From a virus, in the IMG/VR virus record IMGVR_UViG_3300035698_022475, positions 1 through 64,000 of that record: a DNA stretch of 64,000 bases; one strand, written 5' to 3'. A program made the position numbers and the translations under genes. Of this stretch, positions 36,812-46,704 are shown one piece after another (within the stretch, counting starts at the first letter, position 1; every line of letters starts with the position of its first letter). A model generated the notes under the pieces. It saw only the letters and a program-made list of their open reading frames with translations. It ran no database searches and was not told the origin of the DNA.

Positions 36812-38965
36812 TTACCCCTGCAGTACACTATTCATCAAGTCACTGCGTGTCCGGTACTTGACAGTCTTGTCTGTAATCCCCATCAGATTGTACCACTCAA
36901 GAAGATCACTCTCTGTGGATATCTCCGTGATTCCTTGTGCAATCATAGAAGGAGGTACCACAATATCGGGCCCGTTCAATAGCTCCACTCCATTACCTGT
37001 AGTCATGAAAATAGACACAATATCCGTAGTCTTGAACGCTGCCACCTGTCCGTCCGGAGTGTGTAGATTGTAATAAACATCGAACGTAAACACCGTACCA
37101 ACTTCAGGAGCATAGCCTCGGAATGCCGTCGCCAAATCTGATTGATCCAAATCATCATTGGGGTCAAACGAATTGACATACGCCGCCATTTGAGTAGCTA
37201 CACCCACTTCTGTGAGGCTCGTATCTGCCGTTCGTTTTAGTCGATAGGGTATCAGGGTCTCTATCCAAATGGGGTGACGCATCCGCAACAGGTGATTAGC
37301 TGCAACAACCCGATTATCATAAGAGCGTGTGTAGTCCGACGGATTGAGGAACCCGTCACCTGTGAGGTACGTCACGCGTAAAGTACGGTCATCGAAATGG
37401 GATTCATCTCCTTCAAATCCTACCGAAATACGTGACACAGTAAGCGCTGACTGGCTTTCTCGTGGATTCAACACCTCGTACCGATACGACAATACTGATA
37501 AGTCCACAGGGACAGGAGGTGCCGGGTCTGCCGGAGTATCGTTAACCCGCTGGGGAAACACTATGGTTCCGGTAGCTCCGTCCACGTAGTCCGCATCTGC
37601 TCCCGTAGGGTCAATCAGTTCCACGCGCAGGATGTCCTGTACCGGACGCCCCTGGAGCAAGATAGACCCCGGAGACTGGATATGGCGCGATGTTCCTGCC
37701 GGAATATGCTCGTATCCTGGAGTCACACTACGTTCCGCTATCCGAGAGTACACAGGAGGACCTGGAAGGGGGTCCAGATCCGCTTGGTCAAAGTCCGGGG
37801 AGAACCATCCTAAAGAATACGCTACTAAAACGTCCAGCTCATCGGAGGCCTCCGTGAAAGGCATAGCCTCACTTACGTACAGCTCGTGGTCTTCAATCCG
37901 TACAATCTGGTACGCTCGAGGAGACTCGAGAATCCCGCTCCGGATGTTGACAATGTGACCCACTTCGAGTCCCAGCGCGGGGGCGGTAAAGGGGTACGCC
38001 TCGTCGATGGTCATCTTGGGATCCCGGAACACATTGACGATATTGTCTGCCCTCGGGAAATAACCTCCGATGAGCCCAAACTCCTCTACCGTCACATCCG
38101 ACAACTCAACGAAGGTGTCGTACTTTCCTCCGATGTGAAGACGGATATGCGATCCCAGCTCAGTCTGCAGATCCCGCACCATCTCCGGCTCGCCCATTCC
38201 GACAGTGAGTGTCGATTGAATATCGGAGAAAGACTCCTTCAGAGTAGTGTCAATGGAGCGATTATTAATGAGATTTCGTACCGCAATTGCCGTTTGGGAT
38301 CGTGCCAGAAGAGCCGCGGAGTCCTCCGTATTATTTGCTGCTGAAGAAGCTACTTGGTGGTCCGCATACGTGAAATACGGAATATTCCCCACCGACGAAA
38401 CCACTCGCGCAAATCTGCCTGGAGAAAACACGTAGGATTCTCCCGAAGCTGCCGCAATCAGAGGAACATCAGCTACATAGTCAACCAAGTTACCTGTGGT
38501 ATCGAAGTTCGGAAACAGGCTCGTAATAGAAATAACATAAGGACTCGTGGTTACATCCAAATAGAAGGCGTGCGATACATCACGCCAAAAAGCTACCGTA
38601 GTATCCAGCGAAATGTTCTCTTTCTTGGAGAAATGCATCTGAGCTGTCATGCGGGACCGACTGCCATCGCGTCGGTTGATAAACCAGTTCGAGAGAACCT
38701 CGTCCAAAGACTGGTCCATGTCCGGGGTACCTGAATCAATCTGCTCCGAAATGGACTGTACAGACTGACGTACTCGAATCCCGTTAGCTTCTCCTCGCAG
38801 GTAGGCGTAGATCAATACGAACGCACTCACCGCAAAATCCCTGACGGCACTTCCCCGCTGGAAAGAAGCTTCAGGTATATTCTCACTCAGATACTCCACC
38901 AGAAAATCTTCCGCGTCGTAGAAGTCCTGTGACGTAACTATTATCTGACTCGGGTCAACAGGCAT
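36812..38965 (-). CDS. baseplate J-like wedge protein
   Basis: 'GSAVRDF', 'LSNWFINRRDG', 'A..SGESY', 'EDSAALLAR' typical of gpJ/gp6 family. Confidence 0.7.
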   Translation of the reverse strand: MPVDPSQIIVTSQDFYDAEDFLVEYLSENIPEASFQRGSAVRDFAVSAFVLIYAYLRGEANGIRVRQSVQSISEQIDSGTPDMDQSLDEVLSNWFINRRDGSRSRMTAQMHFSKKENISLDTTVAFWRDVSHAFYLDVTTSPYVISITSLFPNFDTTGNLVDYVADVPLIAAASGESYVFSPGRFARVVSSVGNIPYFTYADHQVASSAANNTEDSAALLARSQTAIAVRNLINNRSIDTTLKESFSDIQSTLTVGMGEPEMVRDLQTELGSHIRLHIGGKYDTFVELSDVTVEEFGLIGGYFPRADNIVNVFRDPKMTIDEAYPFTAPALGLEVGHIVNIRSGILESPRAYQIVRIEDHELYVSEAMPFTEASDELDVLVAYSLGWFSPDFDQADLDPLPGPPVYSRIAERSVTPGYEHIPAGTSRHIQSPGSILLQGRPVQDILRVELIDPTGADADYVDGATGTIVFPQRVNDTPADPAPPVPVDLSVLSYRYEVLNPRESQSALTVSRISVGFEGDESHFDDRTLRVTYLTGDGFLNPSDYTRSYDNRVVAANHLLRMRHPIWIETLIPYRLKRTADTSLTEVGVATQMAAYVNSFDPNDDLDQSDLATAFRGYAPEVGTVFTFDVYYNLHTPDGQVAAFKTTDIVSIFMTTGNGVELLNGPDIVVPPSMIAQGITEISTESDLLEWYNLMGITDKTVKYRTRSDLMNSVLQG

Positions 38966-38968
38966 TGA

Positions 38969-39409
38969 TTACCTCGTAGCGTAGTCCATGAGAAACACCT
39001 CAAGCTGTTTCCCAGCAACGTTCGTGATGGTCACCCACAGAGAAATTCCTCCTCCGGAATAGGGTTCCATGCGCGTTATCACCGCTGAATCCAGGGATTC
39101 TTCAGCCGAAAAACCTCCGGCGGAATCTTGTACTTTTATTTGTTCGTTTGTTTCCTCAACTGCTCGGATTGCCAAGTCTCTGGCGTCTTCCTGAGAACCT
39201 ACATTGCCTCCTATAAGGAGTCCCAACGTAGTACCGTCCCCGGGGTGTAGAAGTTCGGAACCTTTAGGAGTAAAGAAAATCTTCATCCACCGATTAATCA
39301 GGAATTGATACCCCGTAACAACCAGTGCTGCCTTGAACCCAAACGTAAACACTTGGTAGCCGTGAGTTGTATTGTCGGGAATAGGTTGAAAATGTATATC
39401 CCACGCCAT
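38969..39409 (-). CDS. gp25/gpW-like baseplate protein
   Basis: 'TGYQFLINRWMKIFFTPKGS..PGDGT.L'; position upstream of the J-like gene. Confidence 0.65.
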   Translation of the reverse strand: MAWDIHFQPIPDNTTHGYQVFTFGFKAALVVTGYQFLINRWMKIFFTPKGSELLHPGDGTTLGLLIGGNVGSQEDARDLAIRAVEETNEQIKVQDSAGGFSAEESLDSAVITRMEPYSGGGISLWVTITNVAGKQLEVFLMDYATR

Positions 39410-40701
39410 CAGGAATCCTCCCAAGAGCCGTCGCAGGTTGGGTCACTCTCTTGCTCTTCAACCGTGGCGTCATAGCGCGCACGCAACGCCACTGGAACAT
39501 CCGCGGAATCCATCTTACTAGTATCTGCAGCGGCCTGATTTCCAATATACCGCGACTCCGCCATGCGCTCACGTGCTGATTGTTCTGCCATTTGCGTTTT
39601 ATCAAGAGAAGAGAGAATAGTAGAAACGCGGCGAAGTGCTTCGCTGGCATTCCCTAAACTATCTCCTCCCAGTTCTCGGGCTAATTGATTTTGGGGAAAA
39701 GCCTTCACATCAGTAGGGGGCACATCAGACAACCACGGCATTGCCAGAGGTTGTGGGTTTTTCCAGACATCGTCCTCTGCGATATCTGTATGCACATCTA
39801 CGTACAATTCAAACAGCTCTTGCCACTCCTCTTCCGTAGTAAGCATCGGCCACGCATCTGTCACGTACCCGGGCGTATCGTCGTCGGCTACCTCTTTGAT
39901 AGCTAAACCCTGTCGATCAGCAAATCCCAGGGACACTGCACGGTTTTCGATTGCTGTGAAGTTTCCTCCCCCTCCCCCACCTACGAGATCGGGAAAGCCT
40001 ATTTCGAGCTTCTTCAGCAGAACCCCTAATGTTGTGTACTGCGCCTCCGTAAAGCCGTCCGAAACCACATTCCTGTCATCTCCAGAGATAATAGCCCGGG
40101 GAGTGGGTCGGGACGCATACCAATCAGAAGTAGTAACCGCAATCGATTCCTCGAGGGCTACAAAGATAGCTGTAGAAGTGCACGGAGGAGACCCTACCAT
40201 CGCCATGTCAGTGTCGCCCATGACAATTAGGTTTCCCAGCCGGTCTATGTAAAAGTGGGCTCCTGAGAGCTTCTTTCCCGCATCTGTCAAGACGGAGCGG
40301 ATCCCAGACCAGACGCGGTTAGGGCTATGGTACGCTTGATCGGGGTCTGCATCTGAGATACGAACATCGTTACTTATTACGCGGTCACCTTTGTTCAACA
40401 ACTGCGCGTCATAGTAAGCCCCAAATGCGCTGATGACCACGTGCGCTACTTCGCGGTATTCGCCGTACGGTCGAGGCTCATAGGACATGGGGTTAGGGTA
40501 CGCGTACGTTACTACTGCGTTATCGGGGAACTTGCTGTTGCCTAGCACGCGGCGGAGTTGGATATTGTACTTGCCGCCGTACGCGGTAGTCGCATTAATA
40601 CGGCGCTGCGCAATCCCCAAATCCGCGAGAAACTCCGCCTCCAGCACCCGTTGCTGCCGGGAAAGCATTTTTTGCCACGAAGTTTCACCCGTCCTCGCCA
40701 T
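39409..40701 (-). CDS. virion protein with degenerate amidase/PGRP-like fold
   Basis: 'GAHFYIDRLG', 'AIFVALE', 'FTEAQY..L..LL' resemble Amidase_2, but the Zn-ligand histidines are not evident. Confidence 0.5.
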   Translation of the reverse strand: MARTGETSWQKMLSRQQRVLEAEFLADLGIAQRRINATTAYGGKYNIQLRRVLGNSKFPDNAVVTYAYPNPMSYEPRPYGEYREVAHVVISAFGAYYDAQLLNKGDRVISNDVRISDADPDQAYHSPNRVWSGIRSVLTDAGKKLSGAHFYIDRLGNLIVMGDTDMAMVGSPPCTSTAIFVALEESIAVTTSDWYASRPTPRAIISGDDRNVVSDGFTEAQYTTLGVLLKKLEIGFPDLVGGGGGGNFTAIENRAVSLGFADRQGLAIKEVADDDTPGYVTDAWPMLTTEEEWQELFELYVDVHTDIAEDDVWKNPQPLAMPWLSDVPPTDVKAFPQNQLARELGGDSLGNASEALRRVSTILSSLDKTQMAEQSARERMAESRYIGNQAAADTSKMDSADVPVALRARYDATVEEQESDPTCDGSWEDS

Positions 40702-40702
40702 T

Positions 40703-41401
40703 CTAAATCCGTCCGTGCTGTATGTTCTTCAACTGATCAACAAATTTACGTTTACGATAACTTAACTGTCCTTGTGACAGCTTATATTTACGACGTAAAC
40801 GGGCGTTAGATAATGCAATACCCCTGCCATAACCCGTAATGTCCTCGAAGAGGAGTTTATCACCCGGAGAGAGCCCATGATAGTAAAAGTCCACAACACT
40901 ATCAGGCTTATCATCGTCCGACATTAACGCACCCTCAGACTCGACTAACTCCCTACGCCCAAAAGCATTCTGGAAATCCCCTACCTTCTTGGGAGTCCAA
41001 TGCAACTCATCTGCTATTTCTTCGTGGGTCGGATCGCGCCCAAGGTCGTCCACGAGCTTGTTCTGGGCTACTTGGAACGTATTGTACAGAAGCTGCTGGT
41101 TCTCAGGGAGTCGGGCTACATTTTGATACGGATACACCGAACGAGACAGCTTCCGAACCCGGCTAGCTACGTGCGTACCGACCGCCGCCCCGCGGTTAGG
41201 GTCGTAGTTTTCTAGCGCATCTACTGCCAAGAGGTTGGCCTTAGATTCAAGAGCAGCTCGGGGAACTGTAGAATCCCACTTGGAAATCTCCCGATTAAGA
41301 AGAGGCTTGAGTCCGTCAAGAAGTTGCCGAAGGACCGCCGGACTGCGCGTTTTTCGCCACTCCTCCCAAAGGTCAAGATCCTGTTGCTGCCGTGGTGTCA
41401 T
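40703..41401 (-). CDS. second sigma70-family sigma factor (group 3, FliA/SigB-like)
   Basis: 'ALENYDPNRGAAVGTHV', 'ARLPE', 'LGRDPTHEEIADEL', C-terminal HTH. Confidence 0.75.
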   Translation of the reverse strand: MTPRQQQDLDLWEEWRKTRSPAVLRQLLDGLKPLLNREISKWDSTVPRAALESKANLLAVDALENYDPNRGAAVGTHVASRVRKLSRSVYPYQNVARLPENQQLLYNTFQVAQNKLVDDLGRDPTHEEIADELHWTPKKVGDFQNAFGRRELVESEGALMSDDDKPDSVVDFYYHGLSPGDKLLFEDITGYGRGIALSNARLRRKYKLSQGQLSYRKRKFVDQLKNIQHGRI

Positions 41402-44400
41402 TTCGTACCCTCTCCCCCTGTCAATATTGTACGGCTTAAGAACACAATATACTGTTCCAAAATACTATCCCAGTCGAACCGCGTCTGTGGGTGAAGGCAC
41501 TTGTACTGGCTATTCGCCTGTCCCAGCATGGACATCATACCCAGCCCCTCTCCTGTCTCCATATCCACATTCGTAATCGCCTGTACATACTTTCGAAACT
41601 TATCACTTTTTCCAGTAGACTTATTCCCGAAAGCGGCAGGTACCGGGCCCGGACGCAACTTGTAGATACGAGGATAGTAGTATGTGGGTCGCCCGCTAAT
41701 CGCCTGGGCTGCTGGATGGGACGCTTTCTCAACGACCTTCTGTGCCTTGGCGATCTTGGAAGCATCGTCCTTTCGGTGCCACATCAAGACGTAGTTCTTC
41801 AAAGAACAGGCCGGCCGTGCGACATACGCCATTGCGGCATCATAGCTTCTAGCCTCCTGGATGAAGTTCTTCGTCATTTCCATAATAGGCGTTTCGATCA
41901 AAAAGTCTTTTGCTAAGTAGTCCGCCTTTGCCGGGTCATCTACGACTCTGAAATAATCAGGCTGATGGAATAGGTGTCTGTCCCGCGGCTTTTTCTTCGG
42001 GCCGGAGTTGTCCCCGGGATAGAAGAGTCGGGCATAAAGCTCCTCGGCATCATCAAGGTGCTGGAAGACCTTGCGAACTCCAATAATGGGTTCATACGGG
42101 TGTCCAATGAATTTATTAAGTTCCTCCATAACGGAGACATAGCGGTCTAGCTGCTCTTTCGTCAGTGTTGGATTACCCTGGGCAAAAACGTCTTCTCCAT
42201 TCTGTCCTGTAGGCAGTCCTTCGTTTGTTACGTCTCCCTGGCTCGCCTGGTCAGAAATGGTTTCTCCTACCTCGCTATCCTCCTCGAGACCCACAACCAG
42301 ATACTCTCCCAGCGTCCGCACAAAGGATACAGAAACATTGGTACGCATCTGAGGGCCGTCCGGAGACGCGCTCATGGTGTGGCTTACGCCTGTTACATAT
42401 CCCAAAAAATTAATAGGCGCCGTGGGCTCATCTATTACGGCACAGGGAAAACCTGGAACAATATACGGATTGAATACCAGGCTTAACGACATGTTTCGCT
42501 GCGCGTATTTCTGCCGGTAGAACTCGTACTTAGCAAAGAGGTCAAACGTACCTCCTAGTGCATCTAGAGTAGCAGCCTGTACGACGGCCTCGACGTTCTC
42601 TACGTCCGAGATGTCAATCTCGCTCTCATAAGTAGGAAACCCCGGGTCCCCGTACTTGGCACCCGAGAAATGGGCCCACGCCACTTTGGAGCCTATCGCA
42701 TACGCTTTTGCCGTACCTGTGTCGGGCAACCATCCCGCTTTGTTCTTTACGGGTATGAGTGCTTTGGCCCTCTTCAAACCAGACGGACCCACCGCTGAGT
42801 AGGACGCAAAAGTATCGTTCCAATTAATCGTCCTATACCCGTACTGTGAGAAATTGGTGAGAATAACTCCCTGCAAGTAAAGAAATCCTAGAATCATATT
42901 GAAGCCAGGTTTTGTAAAAATATCCGTCAACGTACCCGAATTCATCACGTTTTTACCTACTAAATGAGCGTCGTAATACGCGAGAGTCTCTTTTCCTATC
43001 GCATCATCAGGGATTGCGTAGCGGATGGATTCTATTAGGTTATGAAATTCCGCATTCCAATCAAACCGTTTTGCTTTATTTGCGGCAGGTAAAACACCAG
43101 AATCGTCGCGCCCCTTTACAAAAATCTGCATTAACCCATAAGCCCCGCCGGCTCTGTGACTGCTGGGTTTAAACCGAGACTCGTACCACGTGAACCCGTA
43201 AAGGGCTCCCGCCGGAATCGGAGGAATAGTTGCTCCGTTGGGCTTATCCACTTTAACGGTCGGCGCGCTTGTCAGGGCATCTAAGAAGGGCCGTACAAGC
43301 TCGAAGGCATCCCACCCCTTACTCCCTCTCGAAAAACCTTTATCTAGTTGCCCTTGTCTCGTCTTTACCCCTCCGCCTCCGCCTCCCGCTACTCCTCCTT
43401 TTTTTGCTGCCTGTGCCAACAAAAAAAGCCACGGCGGCACATTTAGTCGCGCAGTATTAGGCCCCTTGAAAAACTCCTCGGCATAGATAATAAAATTCTT
43501 AGTGTTATTGGCGGGATCTTGAACATACTGTTTAAGGCGCTGCCGCACCACTACAGGATAGCCTGTCGTCAATTGTTGTGCGATGATGCTGGAAAATCCA
43601 GTGCTCTGACCGTCTCCTTGTGTAAGCAAATCAGTAACAAGCGTCTCTCCCATGTAGAGGCGCGTAGGTTGATTCATATAGTCTTCTTGGAAAGAGAAGT
43701 TCTCTATCATAGAAGGAAAGATGATATTGCATTTTGGAGGTATCCCGAATACCGACTGAGGCTTCACGACAAAAGAGGTAAGGGCTACCTCATGGGATTG
43801 CGACGTCTTATAGGACACTCCCAGATCCTCGCTTGTTCCCGTCTTGGGTTTCGGAATAGCAAGGTCTCCCTTCTTAAGCTCTCTCTCGATATCCCAAGTC
43901 TTTTTGGTCTGTCGAACAGCCGCCGGGGCGGGAATAGGAACAACATCCATGTACATGATCCCGTAGACCATCTGTAGTAACTGCCAGACAGGCTGCGCCT
44001 GTCCTACTCCGTTCATCACGTTCTTCTGCATGATTCGCAGAAGGTGATAACCTTGGATTGCCTTTACGACCGGGAAACAACCAGGCTCCGCGCGTGCCTC
44101 ATCATCCTCGAAAATAGGAAGCGCCACCCATCTGCGGTGGAATCGAGTAGTGAGCATCCACCGACCAAAGAAATTTCGTCCCATAATCGAAACAGCATTA
44201 ATAGGAATGCGGTTGGGGTTCTCAGTTACCTCCGGATTGCCATAGATAGGATCAATAAAGCCTACGAGCGCTTTGAAAATGTTGGTAATGAATTCAATGG
44301 GAGTACGTATAAAGTCGGTCTCATCGAGAATTTCCTCTCCAGCAACCGAATCCGCATGCTCGACTGCCGTCCCGTACGCAGGACCTTGTGCCCCTGCACT

Positions 44401-44943
44401 GGTGTTAGTAGCTTCAGACCCTCCCGTACTCTCCGCCTCTCCGCCGTCCGCCTTCGCTCCCTGCGGTACGAGCCCGCTTATGAACAATGATGATGGGAAA
44501 TAAACCTTAGCGCCAGAACCTGCGTGTCCCGCTGTAGCAAACGCAGCACCCCCGCCTACGATAATATCGTCGACATTGGACATGTAAAAGAAGAAGAGCT
44601 GTGCAAAAATCTGAAGGTGCGAAACACAGTTTAACTGTAGAGTGCGCCCGAACGAAGAGTTTGTGTACGCCCAACCTACAATTTCATACTCCCCCAAAAG
44701 CCGGAATGTCGGGTCTGCAGGATTCTTGAATACATCCAAGAAGAAGATAGCAACCTGAATACGATCCTCGTTCCCTAGCCGCTGCAAGTACGGGTGGGGC
44801 ACCATTTCGATGGTGGCCATTGGGAACTTCCACACCTCGAAGGAGGTGTTGACACTCATCACGGGAACTTCGAGGCCGTTGATATATACAAGCCAGTGGG
44901 CGTTCTTAAACGTGTTCAGTGTGTATTCAGTAGTCTCTGCCAT
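41398..44943 (-). CDS. baseplate hub-like protein with inserted lytic transglycosylase (SLT) domain
   Basis: N-terminal 'VYINGLEVPV' hub-like region; SLT motifs 'YESRFKP', 'GAYGLMQI', 'NMILG..YL'; late-control-D-like 'FNPYIVPGFP..GYVTGVSH'. Confidence 0.65.
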   Translation of the reverse strand: MAETTEYTLNTFKNAHWLVYINGLEVPVMSVNTSFEVWKFPMATIEMVPHPYLQRLGNEDRIQVAIFFLDVFKNPADPTFRLLGEYEIVGWAYTNSSFGRTLQLNCVSHLQIFAQLFFFYMSNVDDIIVGGGAAFATAGHAGSGAKVYFPSSLFISGLVPQGAKADGGEAESTGGSEATNTSAGAQGPAYGTAVEHADSVAGEEILDETDFIRTPIEFITNIFKALVGFIDPIYGNPEVTENPNRIPINAVSIMGRNFFGRWMLTTRFHRRWVALPIFEDDEARAEPGCFPVVKAIQGYHLLRIMQKNVMNGVGQAQPVWQLLQMVYGIMYMDVVPIPAPAAVRQTKKTWDIERELKKGDLAIPKPKTGTSEDLGVSYKTSQSHEVALTSFVVKPQSVFGIPPKCNIIFPSMIENFSFQEDYMNQPTRLYMGETLVTDLLTQGDGQSTGFSSIIAQQLTTGYPVVVRQRLKQYVQDPANNTKNFIIYAEEFFKGPNTARLNVPPWLFLLAQAAKKGGVAGGGGGGVKTRQGQLDKGFSRGSKGWDAFELVRPFLDALTSAPTVKVDKPNGATIPPIPAGALYGFTWYESRFKPSSHRAGGAYGLMQIFVKGRDDSGVLPAANKAKRFDWNAEFHNLIESIRYAIPDDAIGKETLAYYDAHLVGKNVMNSGTLTDIFTKPGFNMILGFLYLQGVILTNFSQYGYRTINWNDTFASYSAVGPSGLKRAKALIPVKNKAGWLPDTGTAKAYAIGSKVAWAHFSGAKYGDPGFPTYESEIDISDVENVEAVVQAATLDALGGTFDLFAKYEFYRQKYAQRNMSLSLVFNPYIVPGFPCAVIDEPTAPINFLGYVTGVSHTMSASPDGPQMRTNVSVSFVRTLGEYLVVGLEEDSEVGETISDQASQGDVTNEGLPTGQNGEDVFAQGNPTLTKEQLDRYVSVMEELNKFIGHPYEPIIGVRKVFQHLDDAEELYARLFYPGDNSGPKKKPRDRHLFHQPDYFRVVDDPAKADYLAKDFLIETPIMEMTKNFIQEARSYDAAMAYVARPACSLKNYVLMWHRKDDASKIAKAQKVVEKASHPAAQAISGRPTYYYPRIYKLRPGPVPAAFGNKSTGKSDKFRKYVQAITNVDMETGEGLGMMSMLGQANSQYKCLHPQTRFDWDSILEQYIVFLSRTILTGGEGTK

Positions 44944-44947
44944 CGGA

Positions 44948-45439
44948 TCACCGCATCTCAATCAGTGTCGCGGTCAAAATAAACGCGCACCGTGCTGCTA
45001 CTCGTAGTATGGGGCTCGAGGACTTCAACGCTTCTGAGATTACCGCTACGTTATTAGGATTTACGCCGTAATTTTTGAGGCTTTCAATACCCCCGCGAAA
45101 CTGGAAGTCATACCCTGACAGTTCCCGGTCGATGACTACACTGTTTCTCTTCTCACAAATGAGCGTCTTGATCTCCGAATACCGCGGATTCACCGTCGTG
45201 AACAATGGTCCGACATTACTGTTCAACGTCCGAAGGAGGCACTCTCGGGTTTGGACTGCAACTAGGTTGATGTCCACTATCTTCTCCAAGAGGAGTTTTC
45301 GGAGAAGCTCTGCTCCTGAAACTACCGTGAAGGGCCGCGCCATCACTACCTCGATGTTAATCATGGGACCGCGGTGGCACTTTCGCCCAAGGGGTTCAAG
45401 GGGTCGGTTGGCTGTGTTGAATTCCCATTCGTATGTCAT
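44948..45439 (-). CDS. hypothetical protein
   Basis: ATGA overlap with the upstream gene. Confidence 0.6.
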   Translation of the reverse strand: MTYEWEFNTANRPLEPLGRKCHRGPMINIEVVMARPFTVVSGAELLRKLLLEKIVDINLVAVQTRECLLRTLNSNVGPLFTTVNPRYSEIKTLICEKRNSVVIDRELSGYDFQFRGGIESLKNYGVNPNNVAVISEALKSSSPILRVAARCAFILTATLIEMR

Positions 45440-45864
45440 GGCCAAACCGCCGGTATCTCTTTCGTAGCTTGTTGCCCGAATTCGTCAGCTCCGGTAAATC
45501 GAATTTTAACCGTCTCATGGACAGGCCAATTCCCGACCTTCTCAATCCAAAACTTGATAGTGTGTCCGTCCGGACGCCGTACCTTGGAATGTACCCCGTC
45601 GTAAGGGGGAAGAAACACAGTGCCGTCGAACGCCAGGCTATAGGACGCCCCGTTGTCCTCGCTGATCTCAAGGAGAATATCCTCAATGTCAATCCAACTC
45701 GAATAACAATACGTCGTAAACGTCAGCCACTCATTGACCGGCACATTGAGGGACCCATCCGTTGGGCGCGAAGTATGGAACCGAGCTTCAATGTCGCTCT
45801 TCGGCTCTCCGTACTCCGTCTGCCCGTAGGGGGCTATTCCATATCCTCCTCGATATCGCGCCAT
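45436..45864 (-). CDS. hypothetical virion protein (Ig-like, beta-rich)
   Basis: GGAG RBS; 'GYGIAPYGQTEYG' motif. Confidence 0.65.
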   Translation of the reverse strand: MARYRGGYGIAPYGQTEYGEPKSDIEARFHTSRPTDGSLNVPVNEWLTFTTYCYSSWIDIEDILLEISEDNGASYSLAFDGTVFLPPYDGVHSKVRRPDGHTIKFWIEKVGNWPVHETVKIRFTGADEFGQQATKEIPAVWP

Positions 45865-45867
45865 ACA

Positions 45868-46692
45868 CTACTCCAGTATAAATGCCATCGAAACGGTCAG
45901 GTCGGAAGCGTCTGCTCCACTACCTGGCGTCCACTTGACATCCAGATCCTCGTCCTGGTCGATCTCGGCATTGCCTACGTTGACTTCGTCAGTGGTTGCT
46001 GCCCAGGTCTGCGACGTTCCGACCGCGAGATCCGAGGTGAGTGCGTTCACACCCTCGATCATCGGCGCGACGGTCGCCGCGGAGCCCGTGTCGGCGCCAT
46101 ACAGGTAGCCCAGGCATCGAACCATGTGCGCCGTGCCTCGCTGCCACCGGCAAACGGCTTTGTTCACATCCTCTACTATCGTGTCAGTTGTTCTATCTAA
46201 CAGCGCACCCTTGACGCTAAAATCCATCTGAACGACTCGGCTATAGTCCCCGATGAAAACAAGACCCGACGTGATCACAGTCGGAAGCAATCCCGCCACT
46301 GTCACCGTACCGGAACTGTAGCTCGTGACAAGCAAGTAGCGGTTGGGGCCACTATTGTTTGCTATGATCGGGCGCCCCGGCTTGAACGTACCTTGTGCTG
46401 TCGCGGTGTCTGTCACTGAAAAGGTCTCGGAGGAAAGCCGCGTGACAGACTCACTGTACCGCACCCACGAAGAACCAATGCCCCCACCGAGATCCCACCT
46501 GTCATCTCTGTAAAAACGGATATCCCAATAAACGGTGTCGAGATACCACATCCCGTTATGGGGGGTCCCCGTACCGTCCTTGTTGGAGTCCCACTTCTGG
46601 GCACGAATCCAAGTCAGACACGCAGCATCATTAGCGTGAAGACCCATGTAATTTTTCTGCCCATACGGCGTCTGGAGTACTGGATCTGCCAT
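45868..46692 (-). CDS. tail fibre-like protein (274 aa)
   Basis: AAGGAG RBS; N-terminus paralogous to the 46705-47868 product. Confidence 0.65.
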   Translation of the reverse strand: MADPVLQTPYGQKNYMGLHANDAACLTWIRAQKWDSNKDGTGTPHNGMWYLDTVYWDIRFYRDDRWDLGGGIGSSWVRYSESVTRLSSETFSVTDTATAQGTFKPGRPIIANNSGPNRYLLVTSYSSGTVTVAGLLPTVITSGLVFIGDYSRVVQMDFSVKGALLDRTTDTIVEDVNKAVCRWQRGTAHMVRCLGYLYGADTGSAATVAPMIEGVNALTSDLAVGTSQTWAATTDEVNVGNAEIDQDEDLDVKWTPGSGADASDLTVSMAFILE

Positions 46693-46704
46693 CGAACTCT
46701 CCTT

